Shown here: piece by piece, positions 39,546 to 53,005 of the stretch
How positions within the stretch are numbered: the first letter of the stretch is position 1
Layout: each line of letters starts with the position of its first letter
Source of the DNA: the human T2T-CHM13v2.0 reference genome, Homo sapiens
Length of the DNA: 64,000 nt
Direction: 5' to 3' (one strand)
Assembly: GCF_009914755.1 (NCBI RefSeq)
Contig: NC_060934.1
Translations under genes and position numbers: made by a program
The notes under the pieces: generated by a model
Database searches by the model: none
The model's input: only the letters and a program-made list of their open reading frames with translations
What the model was told of the DNA's origin: nothing

Positions 39546-40484
39546 GTGTGGGCAGGAGCAGATCTCAATAGCTTATGGTGCACGGCTCCCTTTGAATGTC
39601 CCAGATGAAACCACCTGCCCCGCCACCCCTCCCCAGGATGCCCAGGGTTCTATCTGTCCCCCTACACTCCTGCCAGCGAGGCACAGAGGCAGGAAGGGTG
39701 CAGAGGCTGCTGGACCATCTTTGGTCCCTTGCTGGGCTCTTTTCCTGAGGCTGACAGGCGGCCTTCTCATTTTGTTTGCCCTTCCCTTATTCATCCTGAG
39801 CAAGCCTGTTTGCCAGACTGACTTCTCCAAAGTTGGGACCACAACAAGAACAGACAACACATTGATGCAAAGTCTACAGAGGTTTTATTTCACTCCAAAA
39901 CAGAAAAACCAGAGTCCCCTTCCCTCTCTCTTGTTCTTTCTCTCCTCTTCCCTCCCCCTTCCATTGCATCTTTAATATGCTATCCCATTGCATCTTTAAA
40001 AAGCTACTTCTGCAGGGCCACCCATTTATGCGACCTGGAGCTGGGAGGGCACTGGCCACCATCTGATCCAAGTTCCTCTTGGCGGCCATGAGCCACGTGA
40101 CCTCAGACGAGTCGCCTCCTGCCTCACTTTCCTCAACAAGAAACTTCTTTCCATGAAACAGAAAACAAATAGATCGAAAAGCCAGCAGGGAAGGGTCCGA
40201 GGGAAGCCAAAGGGGAAGTGCAGCCAGGAAAACACAGCCAACTCCCCACCCGCAGCAAGTTGCTGGATTCAGAGTGTCAGCCAGGGTCCCTTTCCAATCT
40301 CACGGTTGAAGAGCGAGCAGTCCAGGAACCAGTCAGGCACTGCCCTCTGTCACCACTGACTGTGGACCTCTCATTGGGGAGCAAGTGGTGCCGCGCTCAT
40401 CAGCACAGACTCGCAGCCATGCTGCCCACGTTCAGACACTTAGCACTTCCTCTCGTAGCTGAGATGCCTCGGCCCATGGTGCTG

Positions 40485-40860
40485 CCTCTCTGCCTCAGTT
40501 GCCCCTTCTGTGAAATGAGAATCCAAACAGTACCTGTCCCTGCAGGTTGGGAGGACCCATGGAGAGGACACATGTAAATGCATTTGAACGCTGATATGCA
40601 CACAAACGTTCCCAACAGATGGTTAGTATTTGTGTTGGTTTTAGTGGAGGATCTTTGAGATATAGGCACTGCTTACAATCTTATCAGGGGAAGGAAACAG
40701 GAACACTCTCAATGCTAACAAGAGGAAGAAGGGAGAAATCGCCATGCCCACTTTGTAAAGATGGAAGCTGGGACTCAGAGAGGTTGAGTTGCCCAAGGTC
40801 ACACAGCTAACAACACAACTGCGACTCAGACCACGTCTTCTGACTTGGGTACCCTGTTCA
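40485..40860. mobile_element. Two adjacent MIR fragments in opposite orientation
   Basis: CTCTCTGCCTCAGTTG...TGTGAAATGAG (+) and ACTCAGAGAGGTTGAGTTGCCCAAGGTCACACAGCTA (-). Confidence 0.65.
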
Positions 40861-43800
40861 CACTCACTTGGACAGAGCTGAGCACCAGGGCCCAGGGCTT
40901 CTGGCTGCCTCTGAGAGAACCACCCAGGTCCTAAGGACTCAGAAAGCTCAAGGAAAGATGACAGGTTTTCCAGGAACCTCACAGTGGAGTTCTCTGCCCC
41001 ACACTGGTCCCTTCTAGAGCTCCTAGGTTGGTCTTAGTGAAGGTGGCTCAAGGTGGCTTCAATGGTCTCATCACTCTCAGAGGACAGTCAAGGAGGTAAT
41101 GATGTGAGATTGGCCCCTGAGAGGGGAAAGCTCTGAGTTCCTACTCTAGAAGCCCTAGCCTCCTCCCCTCCCTGGTATGTTTTGGCAACTTGGGAAACAG
41201 ATGTGGGTTATGCAACCTCTGCCATCCCCACAGCCTGTTCTCTATAACATAACAGGTGCCCTTTGTGGTAGAGGAACACTTCTGACACAAGGTTCCAACT
41301 CTGCTGCCTGAGGATATGGAATGAGACAGCTGACCTGCATCAGGTCAGGGCTGATCCAGGGGAAGCAGACTGGAGCCGTGAGGAGTGACAGCCTTCAACA
41401 GTGGCATGTCCTACCCCAGCTGTGTTTCTGCCACCCTCCTCTATCCATGAGAAAGCACCATCATTTATGCCTGTCTGCAGCCAGGGCAATTTTTCAAGCT
41501 TTACTCTTTTTGTTTTATTACAATAGAATTTTCTTGGATTTCCAAATATAAGATCATGTTTCAGTGTTAACTGACTGGTTCATGGAACACCTGTCCCAGC
41601 TCCCTGACTCCCAGGTCCCAACACACATTTGAGCTGCACATCGCCACCCAGAGGCTAACTCGCTGCCATGAGCAGGTGGCCCAGAATGTGATGCGGCCCC
41701 CACAGACCTGTGCAATGCTGCATGGAATGCCGGAGGGCCAGGGGCAGGCTCAGCCTTGCTGAGGAGCCCACGCTGTTTCTAATACATGTCTCAGCCAGAA
41801 CCAGCGCCCAGCATGCCACAGAAGGCGCCTTTCTGAACTCGTAAAAAACAGTCTGACATGCGCTGGCTGAAGGCGCCAAAAGAAATGGGTGCCAGCCCAT
41901 TTCCGAGGATTTGGCTTCCAATATGCATCCGAGACACAGACACAGCATGTGGAGTGGTGTCTGAGCACCACGCCAGGCCCACAGGGAGCCAGGAAGCGCC
42001 CACCCCACAGGGCTGCCTACCTGCCACCCACCACTGCAGCGGGCTTGCAGACTGCATGGTCAGCCTGCTTCTCCCCGCATTCTGACCCCTCTCAGCTTCC
42101 TTGACTCAAGGATTCTTCCTCTGGGGGCCAATCTCACATCTCTACCTCCTTGACTGACCTCTGAGAGCAATGAGACCATCCAAGCACGTTGAGCCTCCTT
42201 TCCCAGGACCAACGTTCAGAATCGAACGGTAAGGAGCTAGCAGTGTCCACGGCGATCGGGGGCAATGCGCTATGCCAGCGTGAGCTCTGCTGTCCTCACA
42301 ACAGTCACAATCACCAGTTGTGATTGCACCTGTTTTCAGAAATGCCAACTGAAGCTTAGTGAGATTTCAGAAGTCTGTCCCGAATGCCCCCCGCACCAGC
42401 CCCAGCACGCCGTCTTGAACATGGGGAGCATGCAATAGACATCTGAGGAAGGAATGTCAAGTGGACCCCTGGTGTGTCTACCCTGAGCAGAAGCAGCTGC
42501 AAGAAGAAGAGAAGGGGGTCTTCCCAGACATGCAGGGACATCAGAACAACATGTGAGCCAGGCAGGTGCCACAGCCCTGAGAGCATAGAGCTGGGGGATA
42601 TTCAGGAGGAGGTGTTTGGTTGCAAATGAAAAAAACCCAAATCAGTTACCTCGGCCAAAAAGGGGGGCCCTTCATAAGCTACTATAAAGGGCGGCCTAGG
42701 GAGTGCATCCCAGGCACTGCTGGATCCAGGGTCTGAAGTGACTGATGCCCGGAGCCACCCTTCTGTCTGTTGATGCCTCATTCTCTGCTCCTTGACCCTC
42801 CTACGGGGACAGGCTCTGTTCCTGTACCAGGAACTTGCTGGCCTGTGGGCCCTTAGTCTCATCTTCCATCCCACGTACCTAGTCACAACACACCGCCCCA
42901 TTGGTGCCGGCTAGTATGCCCTGAACCAGAACAGGGGGAGGAGGGCAGTCTTTGACCAGGATGGTGCCATGCGATGATCCTGTGGCCAAGTGGGCACTTT
43001 GACCTTTGCTCCCTCCTCCTGCATCCTTCCAGTCAGTGGCCACCCAATTTCTGCCCAGGGACCCTTCTGTCCTCCTCCCTGTCCCCCTCTGGGACGCCTG
43101 CTCCTTCTCTCTGCCCCTCCTCCACTCTTTCTCCCCCACCATCTCCCTGCCTTACAGAAATTGCTATTTCCTTATGCATCAACTCAAACAACACCAATTA
43201 TGACTTCACCCAGGAAAACAGTACTGGATGGAACCCGTGGCCGCTCGTGATGGTAGAAGCTGCGATTAGTAGTTTGATATGGACGAAAAGTGATTTAAGA
43301 AGCAAATCTCTGCTGTAAGATTCTAAATGCAAAAAAAAAAAAAAATTGATCCCTATGAAAATAATTTCAGCAAAATGGAAATGGAAACATCAGGAATGGC
43401 TTAACTGCGCTGTATAGAAAATTGATAGAGGGATTACATCAGCTTAATGGGGTCCCCGCTGGAATTCTGATACTTTCTAGATGAAAACTCATCACTGTTG
43501 GGTAATTCTGGTTAAAATGCTGACATTCAAAATGACTTTGGGGTCAAAATATCCACAGAAGCAAAAGAGTTAGGTCAAATGTCCCAATCTCTGACCAAGG
43601 AGTTAAGGTTTTATACTTAGTAGCCCCAACAGAAGTAGGGGATGAGATGAAGCAGTGTCCCTAAAGACAAAGTGGAGGAGGTGGGAATAATTCCAGAAAA
43701 ACAGTGGAGAGAAGGAGCTGGATTACAGACACAAATGCTGAGCTTCCCGCCTGACTCCCTGCTGAGGCATGGGTGCCTCTCGGTTCCTGCAGGCTCGATC

Positions 43801-44544
43801 CCTGCAGATCTCTGCAGATCGTATCCATGATGGGGAAGGCCCCCTTCCGCCCTCTGCCAGCCCTGCACCCAGCTTCTGCAGCCCAGGGGCTCCCACCTAC
43901 CACGTGGTGGCCTGAAGCCCCCACCAAAGTCCCAGCAGCCTCATGCCAAACTGACTTCTGTGAGTCCCAAACACAAACAGAAAGCAAAAGTGCTTAGCAA
44001 GTGCTATTTTTTCTAAATGACATTTATTGTTTTTGTTTTTCTAACCACAATATAGTGTAGTCTGAGGCAGAAGCTTTGGAAGAGGCAGAAAAGAGAAGGA
44101 AAAGTATCCACTCCAGCCCCCTGCTCATGGAGGAGCGCCGCTGACCACGTGGAGCCTGGCACCTGCGCATCTGGAAGGAAGGGCAGGCCCCGGAACCTGC
44201 GGTCATAATCGTGCCTGTGGGAGAGCCCAGCCAAGGAGAGGGCTCCCTTCCAGCTCCTTGCCAGGACACACAGCCCTAAGTGTGTCCTGGGCTGCTCAGA
44301 GCTGCCATTCCCACCTGTGACGTAGGGGCCACATGCTGGCTTCAGGAGGGCGGTGAAGACCTGGGGCTGCGGAGACGAATGGAGCCCCCCACAGTGGTTC
44401 TCCAGCATAACCTTCTGAGCTTCATTCTCCCCATGGGGAAAATCAGAGTAACCATCCCACAGGGCTGCTGGGAGGTGAAATGAGCGATTTCCAGGCCTGT
44501 GTTTGTGTCCTCCTGGCAAGCACCCTATCAGGCCAGGATGCTTG

Positions 44545-44680
44545 TCATTTCCACTTTACAGATAAAGGAAATGAGGCCGGAGGCATAAGTTATCCCTGAC
44601 CAAGACCTCACGGCTAGGAAGTAATAGGACTGGGACTCACACCTCAGCTTGTGAGAGCCTGGAGCTCTCTTAACCATGTG
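44545..44680 (-). mobile_element. MIR fragment
   Basis: CCACTTTACAGATAAAGGAAATGAGGC...CCAAGACCTCACGGCTAGGAAGT. Confidence 0.65.
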
Positions 44681-46424
44681 GCTACCCAGTGGGAGGGAGA
44701 GGAGGAGGCTTCCCTCACTGAGGAGAGAGGAACCACATGGCCCTATCACCAACCAAGTCACTCTCTGGGGACCATGGCATTCCCTCTCGAGGAGCCCCCA
44801 AAGTCAGCAGCGCTTCATTCATCCTTCCATACATTCTAACTTCCAAGTCTCCAGAAAGAACGAGATGAGTCATTTCTGACCAGGGAAACCTAACAGTTAA
44901 AAAGGGGCCTGTTTCTCTTCCAGTTTCCAGGTGCGAGGGTCAGAGGATGTGGTCAGAAAGGACTTTTTTAAAAAGTATTCTACGTGTCACTGGTTACCGC
45001 ACACTGCCAGGGCTGCACGTTGAGTCGGATGTCCACACCTACATGGTCCCCTAGGACTCCTCCCAAAACACAAGGGGCCCCTGGGCCCCTGGCCAGAGCC
45101 CCCCGTCGCCCAGCCCCTCACTCCCCAGGCTGCACAAACATTTGTCTTTCCAAATCAGGAAGCTGCCCTCCGCCGCCTTTCAGAAGCAAAGTAAAAACAG
45201 CTGCTATTTTTGAAAGGGTATTTTTGTAAAACAATCTCTGGTTTCCTTCAGGAATTTCAACCCCAGAGCCCCCTTGGTGATGTGGTTTCTGTAGGAGTGA
45301 ACATACATCCGACCGCGCAGGCAGGGGGACTGCCGCTCGCTGTCCCCTCCACCTCTCCGCCGAGGCATGCCCGGTGTCCAGCAACCCTCACAGCCCCAGT
45401 CATCCACTCAAGTCCATTTTCACCAGCATCTCTTAGCCCCTGCTTTCTGTCAGAAGATGCAGGGACTCCAAGATACAGAGAAGTGGGTCTCTGCCCCTCG
45501 GGGGCTCACAGCCCAGGACAGACACACAGATCAGCATCTGCGATGCACCGCGGTCTCTTGTATATTTCATGCAGCCTCTCACGCCTTGTCTGTCGGGGTC
45601 CCTGCACACTGGGCACCACAACCAAGCCTTGAGGAGGAGTTGGCCCAGTTCCAGCAGCCCTCAGGCTGCTCACAGTCCAGTGGGGAGGCCTGAGCGTAGG
45701 GCCAGGTGGCCCAGGGAAGGGGGGGATTCACAGATTCACCCTGTGTAGGGCCCAAAGGGAAGCCTCATGGGGTCAGGGTATTTGCATGAATGGACGCAGC
45801 TGAGTTCACCAGGCGTCCAGGCAAGGAAACAGCAGGACAGAAAACATCAAGAGCTCTGGGCAGTTTAGCTTGTCTGGGAGTGGGGGCAGTGGGCCCAAGG
45901 CGTGTTGGTGGGAATTACCGAGGACGCCATTTGAAAAGGGTAAGTATCGCCCTCCCTCCCACTGCTGGAGGCGCTTGGAGGCTTCCACCTTGAGCTCCGT
46001 AGTCAGGAGACCTCAGCATCTTGTGAGGCATGAGCTGTAACAGGGAGTGTGTTCAGGGCGCCGCCCCCCAAGCCCCAGGCAGCCAGGATTTGCCCATTTT
46101 CAGAGCTTCATCATAGCAACTCCTAAACATACTGAGTGCTTAATTTATGCAAAGCACTGTTCCAAGCTCATAAGTCACAGAGCTGGGATTCAAGCCCAGG
46201 GAGCCCATTACCTGAGCCTGTATCAATAACCCAGGCAGGCCTTGCAGGGGGTTCAGGGAGCTCCTGAGAGTGACTTTCAGGCAGCTCGCTGTCCTGGCCA
46301 GAGCTAGTCCATCCCATCCCAGCCTCGGATGAAGAGCAAACCCTGAGGCAAGAGAGGATTGGGGGAGATTGACGACGATGCAGCTGGCTGCCAGCAACAT
46401 CCCTGGCACCTAACATGCATTAAA

Positions 46425-46620
46425 GCTCATTATGTGCCAGGTTTCGTGCGAAACCTTGTAACTGCATTAGCACATTTATCCCTCAATCCTATGAGGTGAG
46501 AACCACTTTATCCCCATTTTACAGTGGAGGGAACGGAAGCCAAAAGCAATTAGGTTTCCTGCCTGGAGTCACAAAGCAGTCAAGGCTGGGCCAGGAGTCC
46601 AACCCAGGTGGTGTGACAGG
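46425..46620 (-). mobile_element. MIR fragment
   Basis: TATGTGCCAGG...AATCCTATGAGG...ATCCCCATTTTACAG...AGTCACA. Confidence 0.7.
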
Positions 46621-49177
46621 CAGTCCGGACACTCTCCCGGCCACTTGGGCATCCTTGCACAGCTGAAGAGCCTGGACAGTAAGGGGAGGTACCACGCAAG
46701 GGCAGTGATGACAGGGCACAGCATAACCCTGCACCCCCTTACCCAGGCCTCTTTATAGATGCCCAGATTTGGGGCAGAACTGCCTGGCTGACTTTCCTGC
46801 ATCAGTGACATTTGACACCTGACCTGGGAGGTTTTGAAGTGAGGAAAACTGATGACACATTTCTGCACATTCCCACTGTTCAATGCCAGCCGAGAACACT
46901 CTTGAGAAGTACAAGGGGTTTGGCTAAATCTCCTGCCTGGAATGGGACAAGAGCAGGTAAGAGGCAGCCCCCCTGTACACAGAAGCATCGGCAGGCAGGG
47001 TCATACGCATTCCCAGCAGGTTGTGCAGAGGTAGGCTCCTGGGTCAGCGGGAGGAACCCAAACACTGGTGATGACAAGGGCATGCCCAGGCCTTCCTGTG
47101 CACTTCCGAGAGCCAGGGCCTGGAGATGGCAACATGTAAGCCAGGCCATGAAGCACTGAGAAGTCTGTTTAACTAAAGTGGGCAGGGATGCTCAAGGACC
47201 CACCAGGAGATGGAAGGGGCTGCGGTCAAAGGCCCTGACGCTGGAGGTTTTCAGTCTCACCCCCTCCTTTCTGGCAGTAGAGGAATTCTGAGTGTTTCCC
47301 ATCTCTTCCACCTCCTCATTTGCTGCTGTTTTCCAACCCTTACTTTAAATTCCCCACCAACATACACATGCACACACAAACACACAGCTTCTAGAGCCCC
47401 ATCTCCATATATCAAGTGAAAAGAGTGATTTTCATGGGTAAACCTTGTTTCCCAAGGATGCAGCCTGGCCCTTGGTCAATGTGAGGGGAACTTAACCAGC
47501 TCCTCCAAGACTGAGATTTGGCTTCGAGTTCAGCATGGAGCCGGGACCCCCAGGGCTGGTCAGTGAAAGTGAGTGGAGCTGAATACCAACAGGGCTGGGG
47601 TGGAGTGGGTCCAGGGCCCACGCCACAGCCCTGGCTCTTTCCACGCTGCGGTGGCCACCTCAGCCCCAGCCTGTGTCTGGGATGCTGTCGAAGTAGCGAA
47701 GTGCTTCATGCACCAGCATCAGGTGGCCGTGATCAGGCTATGGGTTTAACGCAGCATGAAGATGGGTGGGGAATGGGATCACCTCTCTCTGCCTGCATCC
47801 CCCAGGCCCTGGAGTCTGCTCCACAGAAGGCAGAAGCTGAGTGAGTGAGCTGGGAGGCCCGGGAAGCATATCTCCAGTGCCATTCCCAGTCTGGGCACCA
47901 GCCTCCTCTGCGCCCTGCGGGCTACGGGCCAGCCCCTGGGCTCCAGCCTCCCACGTACGATGCCTATTTGGAAGTGAACCAGGATAGAATTTCTAAGGGT
48001 TGAGCCACCTTCCTGGGATCACTTGCTGAGTCAGATGCTGCCAGAACCACAGAATGTCCCCAAAATTCACAAGACACCCATATCCTTTCTCAGGGCACCG
48101 GCTCATTTATGTGCAGGCTGAAGCTATTTGGTTTGTTCTAAAAAGCGTGGCACCAGCAGCTTCAGTTAAAGAGATCGCAAACTTTGCAGACACAAACAAC
48201 TTGAAAAATAGGTCAAATCCTGTTTTGTACATTCACAGGGCTGCCTTTTCCAGCGTTTCTCCCTAAAATCAAATCAGCAGTGTATGTAAATGAGTTGAGA
48301 GAATTCATTACGTTAATTTATCTAATTTTGGAGGCAAACCTGAAACAAACAGCGCCTCACTTTCTAACACTCAGGCCCTCATAGAATATTGATTCCTGAG
48401 TTTTACTGGCCTTGCACGAAGGCCTTTTTATAGCCCCAAAGGAATGAGATCATCAGTTTCCTCAGGCATACAAATGTCCTGCTCAGAGGCCCTGAGACAG
48501 CATTCTCCAAGGTCATTTCAAGGGATGGCTGGCATGGTAGACCACCCAAAGCTCAGATTTGGGAGTCTATGGGACGTGCATGCAGAAGCACTGTGCCTGG
48601 GGCCACCGATCCCAGCAAGATCAACAGCTGCGAATGGCAAGTGGTCCCAGCAGAGGTGGCGGTGAGGTCCATATTATTTCAGGATCCTGGCAGTGTTCAT
48701 GGTAGTAAGCTGTGGAATTAAGAATATTTCCAGGGCCAAGGCTGCCAGCAACAGAGCTGTGTTCATGGCAGAAAGAAGCCCAGACAAACAGTGATGGCTT
48801 CATCACCTCCTGCCTCTCAGTGGGCCAGTGTGATGTCCTCAGAATGATACATTTCACTGTGAAGAACCCCAAATTCCCATGTGACCCCGGAGCCAGCCGT
48901 TTTAGCAGACTAACCATGATTTTCATCCAGTTTTGTGAACAGTGATTGCCACTGCTGGCCAGTCCCTCAAGGCAGCCAAGTAGGTGCAGGACTGTATTTT
49001 ATATTTGGAAGAACACAAGGAGCTCTGTCTGACCCCAAATGTCTCTTTGCTGCCTGTTGGTAGCTGGGGCCAAGGGTCTCCTGCAGCTAGGATCACAGGC
49101 CTTCAAGATGGGTGCAAGGCAGAGCACACAGAGCTCAGGGCACGCGGTGGACTGCTTTGCAGTCCTTGCTCTGCCTC

Positions 49178-52100
49178 GGAATACCGTGTGGAATATTGTG
49201 TACAATACCGTGTGGAATGCCATGTGGAATATTGTGTGGAATACCGTGTGAAATACCATGTGGAATATTTTGTGGGATACCGTGTGGAATATTGTACGGA
49301 ATACCATGTGGAATAATGTGTGGAATAATGTGTGGAATACTGTGTGGATACCATGTGGAATAACGTGTGGAATACGGTGTGCAACACAGTGTGGAATACC
49401 ATGTGGGATATTGCATGGAATACCGTGTGGAATACAGTGTGGAACATTGTGTGGAATACTGTGAGGAATATAGTGTGGAATACTGTGTGGAATATTGTGT
49501 GGAATACCATGCGGAACACTGTGTGGAATAACGTGGGGAATATTGTGTGGGATACCATGTGGAATAACGTGTAGAATATGGCGTGGAACACAGTGTGGAA
49601 TACCACGTGGAACATTGTGTGGAATACTGTGTGGAATACAGTGTGGAATACTTTGTGGAATACCGTGTGGAGTATTGTGTGGAATACCATGTGGAATATT
49701 CTTTGGAACACTGTCTGGAATACCATGTGGAATACCCAGTGGAATATTGTGTGAAATACTGTGCAGAATATCGTGTGGAATACCGTGTGGAATACTGAGT
49801 GGAATACCATGTGGAATACCGTATGGAATACCATGTGCAGTACCGTGTGGAATACTGTGTGGAATACCATGTGAAATATCGTGTGGAATACTGTGTGGAA
49901 TAACGTGGAATACTGTATGGAATACCGTGTGGAATACCATGTGGAATATTGGGTGGAATACCGTGTGGAATACCAGGTGGAATGCCGTGTGGAATACCAT
50001 GTGGGATACCATATGAAATATCGTATGGAATACCCTGTGAAATATTGTGTGGAATACCACATGGAATATTGTGTGGAATACATTATGGAATATTGTGTGG
50101 AATACCATCTGGAATACCATGTCGAATACCATGTGGAATATTGTGTGGAATATCATGTGGAATATTGAATGGAATACCGGGGGGAATACCATGTGGAATA
50201 CCGTGTGGAATACCATGTGGAATATCATGTGGAATATTGAATGGAATGCCGGGGGGAATACCATGTGGAATACTGTGTGGAATATTGTGTGGAATACTGT
50301 GAGGAATACCACGTGGAATACTGTGTAAAATGGTGTGTGGAATACCATGTGAAATACCGTGTGGAATGCCGTGTGGTATATTGTGTGGAATATGGTGTGG
50401 AACACAGTGTGGAATACCATGTGGAATAGAGTGTGGAATACCATGTGGAATATTGTGTGGAATATCATGTGGAATATTGTGTGGATTACCGTGTGGAATA
50501 GAGTGTAGAATACCATGTGGAATATTGTGTAGAATAACATCTGGAATACGTGTGGAATACCCTGTGGAATATTGTGTCAAATACCATGTGGAATAATGTG
50601 TGGAATAATGTGTGGAATATGGAATATGGAGTGGAATACCGTGTGGAATACCGTATGGAATACTGTGTGGAATATTCTGAGGAATACCATGTGGAATAAT
50701 GTGTGGAATATTGTGTGGAATACAGTGTGGAATATTGTGTGGAATACCATGTGGAATACTGTGTGGAATACCGTGTGGAATATCGTGTGGAATACCTTGT
50801 GGAATAGTGAGTGGAATACCATGTGGAATACTGTGAATAATATATTATTGAATACTGTATGGAATATTGTGTGGAATACCATGTGGAATATTGTGTGGAA
50901 TTCTGCATGGAATATCGTGTGGAACACCATGTGGAATATTGTGTGGGATACTGTGTGGAATAATGTGTGGAATATTGTGTGGAACACCATGTGGAATACC
51001 GTGTGGAATATTGTGTGGAATACTATTTGGAATACGGTGTGAAATATTGTGTGGAATACCTTGTGGAATACCATGTGGAATACCATATGGGATACTGTGT
51101 GGAATACCATGTGGAATATTGGGTGGAATACCATGTGGAATATTGTGTGGAATACCGTGTGGAATACTGTGTGGAATACCATGTGGAATACTGTGAATAA
51201 TATATTATTGAATACTGTATGGAATATTGTGTGGAATACAGTGTGGAATACTGTGTGGAATATTGTGTGGAATTCTGCATGGAATATTGTGTGGAATACC
51301 GTGTGGAATATTGTGTGGGATACTGTGTGGAATAACGTGTGGAATATTGTGTGGAACACCATGTGGAATATCGTGTGGAATATTGTGTGGAATACCATTT
51401 GGAATACGGTGTGAAATATTGTGTGGAATACCTTGTGGAATACCATGTGGAATACCATATGGGATACTGTGTGGAATACCGTGTGGAATATTGGGTGGAA
51501 TACCATGTGGAATACTGTGTGGAATATTTTGTGGAATACCATGTGGCAACCTAGTGAAATATTGTGTAAGATAACGTGTGGAATAACGTGTAAAATATTG
51601 TGTGGAATACCATGTGGGATACTGTGTGAAATACTGTGAGGAATATCATATGGAATATTGTGTGGGATACATTGTACAATATTGTGTGGAATACCGCCTG
51701 GAAAACTGTGTGGAATATTATGTGGAATACTGTGTGGAATATTGTGTAAAATACCATTTGGAATACCATGGAATACTCTGTGGAATATTGTGTGGAATAC
51801 CGTGTGGAATACTGCGTGGAATATTCTGTGGAATACCACGTGGAATGCCATGTGGAATATCATGTGGAATATTTTGTGGAATATTTTGTGTAATACCATG
51901 TGGAACACCATGTGGAATATTGTGTGGAATACCATGTGGAAACCTAGTGAAATATTGTGTAAGATAACATGTGGAATAACGTGTAAAATATTGTGTGGAA
52001 TACTGTGTGGGATACTGTGTGAAATACCATGAGGAATATTGTATGGAATATTGTGTGGAATACTGTGTGGAATATTGTGTGGAATACTCTGTGGAATACC

Positions 52101-53005
52101 AGCTGGAATACTGTGTGGAATATTATGTGGAATACCATGTGGAATATTGTATGGAATATTATGTGGAATACTGGATGGAATACCATGTGGAATTCTGTCA
52201 GAATACAGTGTAGAACATTGTGTGGAATACCGTGTGGAATATTGTGTGGGACACTGTGTGAAATACCATATGGAATATTGTATGGAATATTGTGTGGAAT
52301 ACCGTGTGGAATGCCATGTGGAATATTGTGTGGAATACTATATGGAATACTGTGTGGAATACCAGCTGGAATACTGTGTGGAATATTATGTGGAATACCA
52401 TGTGAAATATTGTGTGGAATATTGTGTAGAATACCATTTGGAATATTGTGTGGAATACCATGAGGAATACCATGTGGAATACTGTGTAAAGTATTGTGTG
52501 GAATACCATGTAGAATACTGTGTGGAATATTCTGTGGAATACCGTGTGGGATATAGTGTGAAATTCCGTGTGGAATACCATGTGAAATATTGTGTGGAAT
52601 ATTGTGTGGCACACAGTGTGGAATATTGTGTGGAATACCATATGCAATACCATATGAAATATTGTGTGGCATACAGCATGGAATATTGTGTGGAATACCA
52701 TGTGGGATATAGTGTGAAATTCCATGTGGAATACCATGTGAAATATTGTGTGGAATATTGTGTGGCATACAGCATGAAATATTGTGTGGAATACCATATG
52801 GAATACCATATGAAATATTGTGTGGAATATTGTGTGGCATACAGCTTGGAATATTGTGTGGAATACCGTGTGAAATACCATGTAAAATGTTGTGTGGAAT
52901 ATTGTGTGGAATACTGTGTGGAATATTGTGTGGAGTACTGTGTGGAATACCATGGGGAATACCATGTGGTATTATTATCTGGAATGTGGTAATATTATGT
53001 GGAAT
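49178..53005 (+). repeat. 12-bp minisatellite, left arm (GGAATAYYRTGT)n, ~3.8 kb
   Basis: Continuous variants GGAATACCATGT / GGAATACCGTGT / GGAATACTGTGT / GGAATATTGTGT; 4-residue periodicity in all six ORF frames. Confidence 0.97.

Noticed and set aside
41600-45700. CpG-island promoter
   Set aside because: The region is GC-rich with scattered CpGs, but by eye no stretch reaches island-like CpG density and no first exon is evident.
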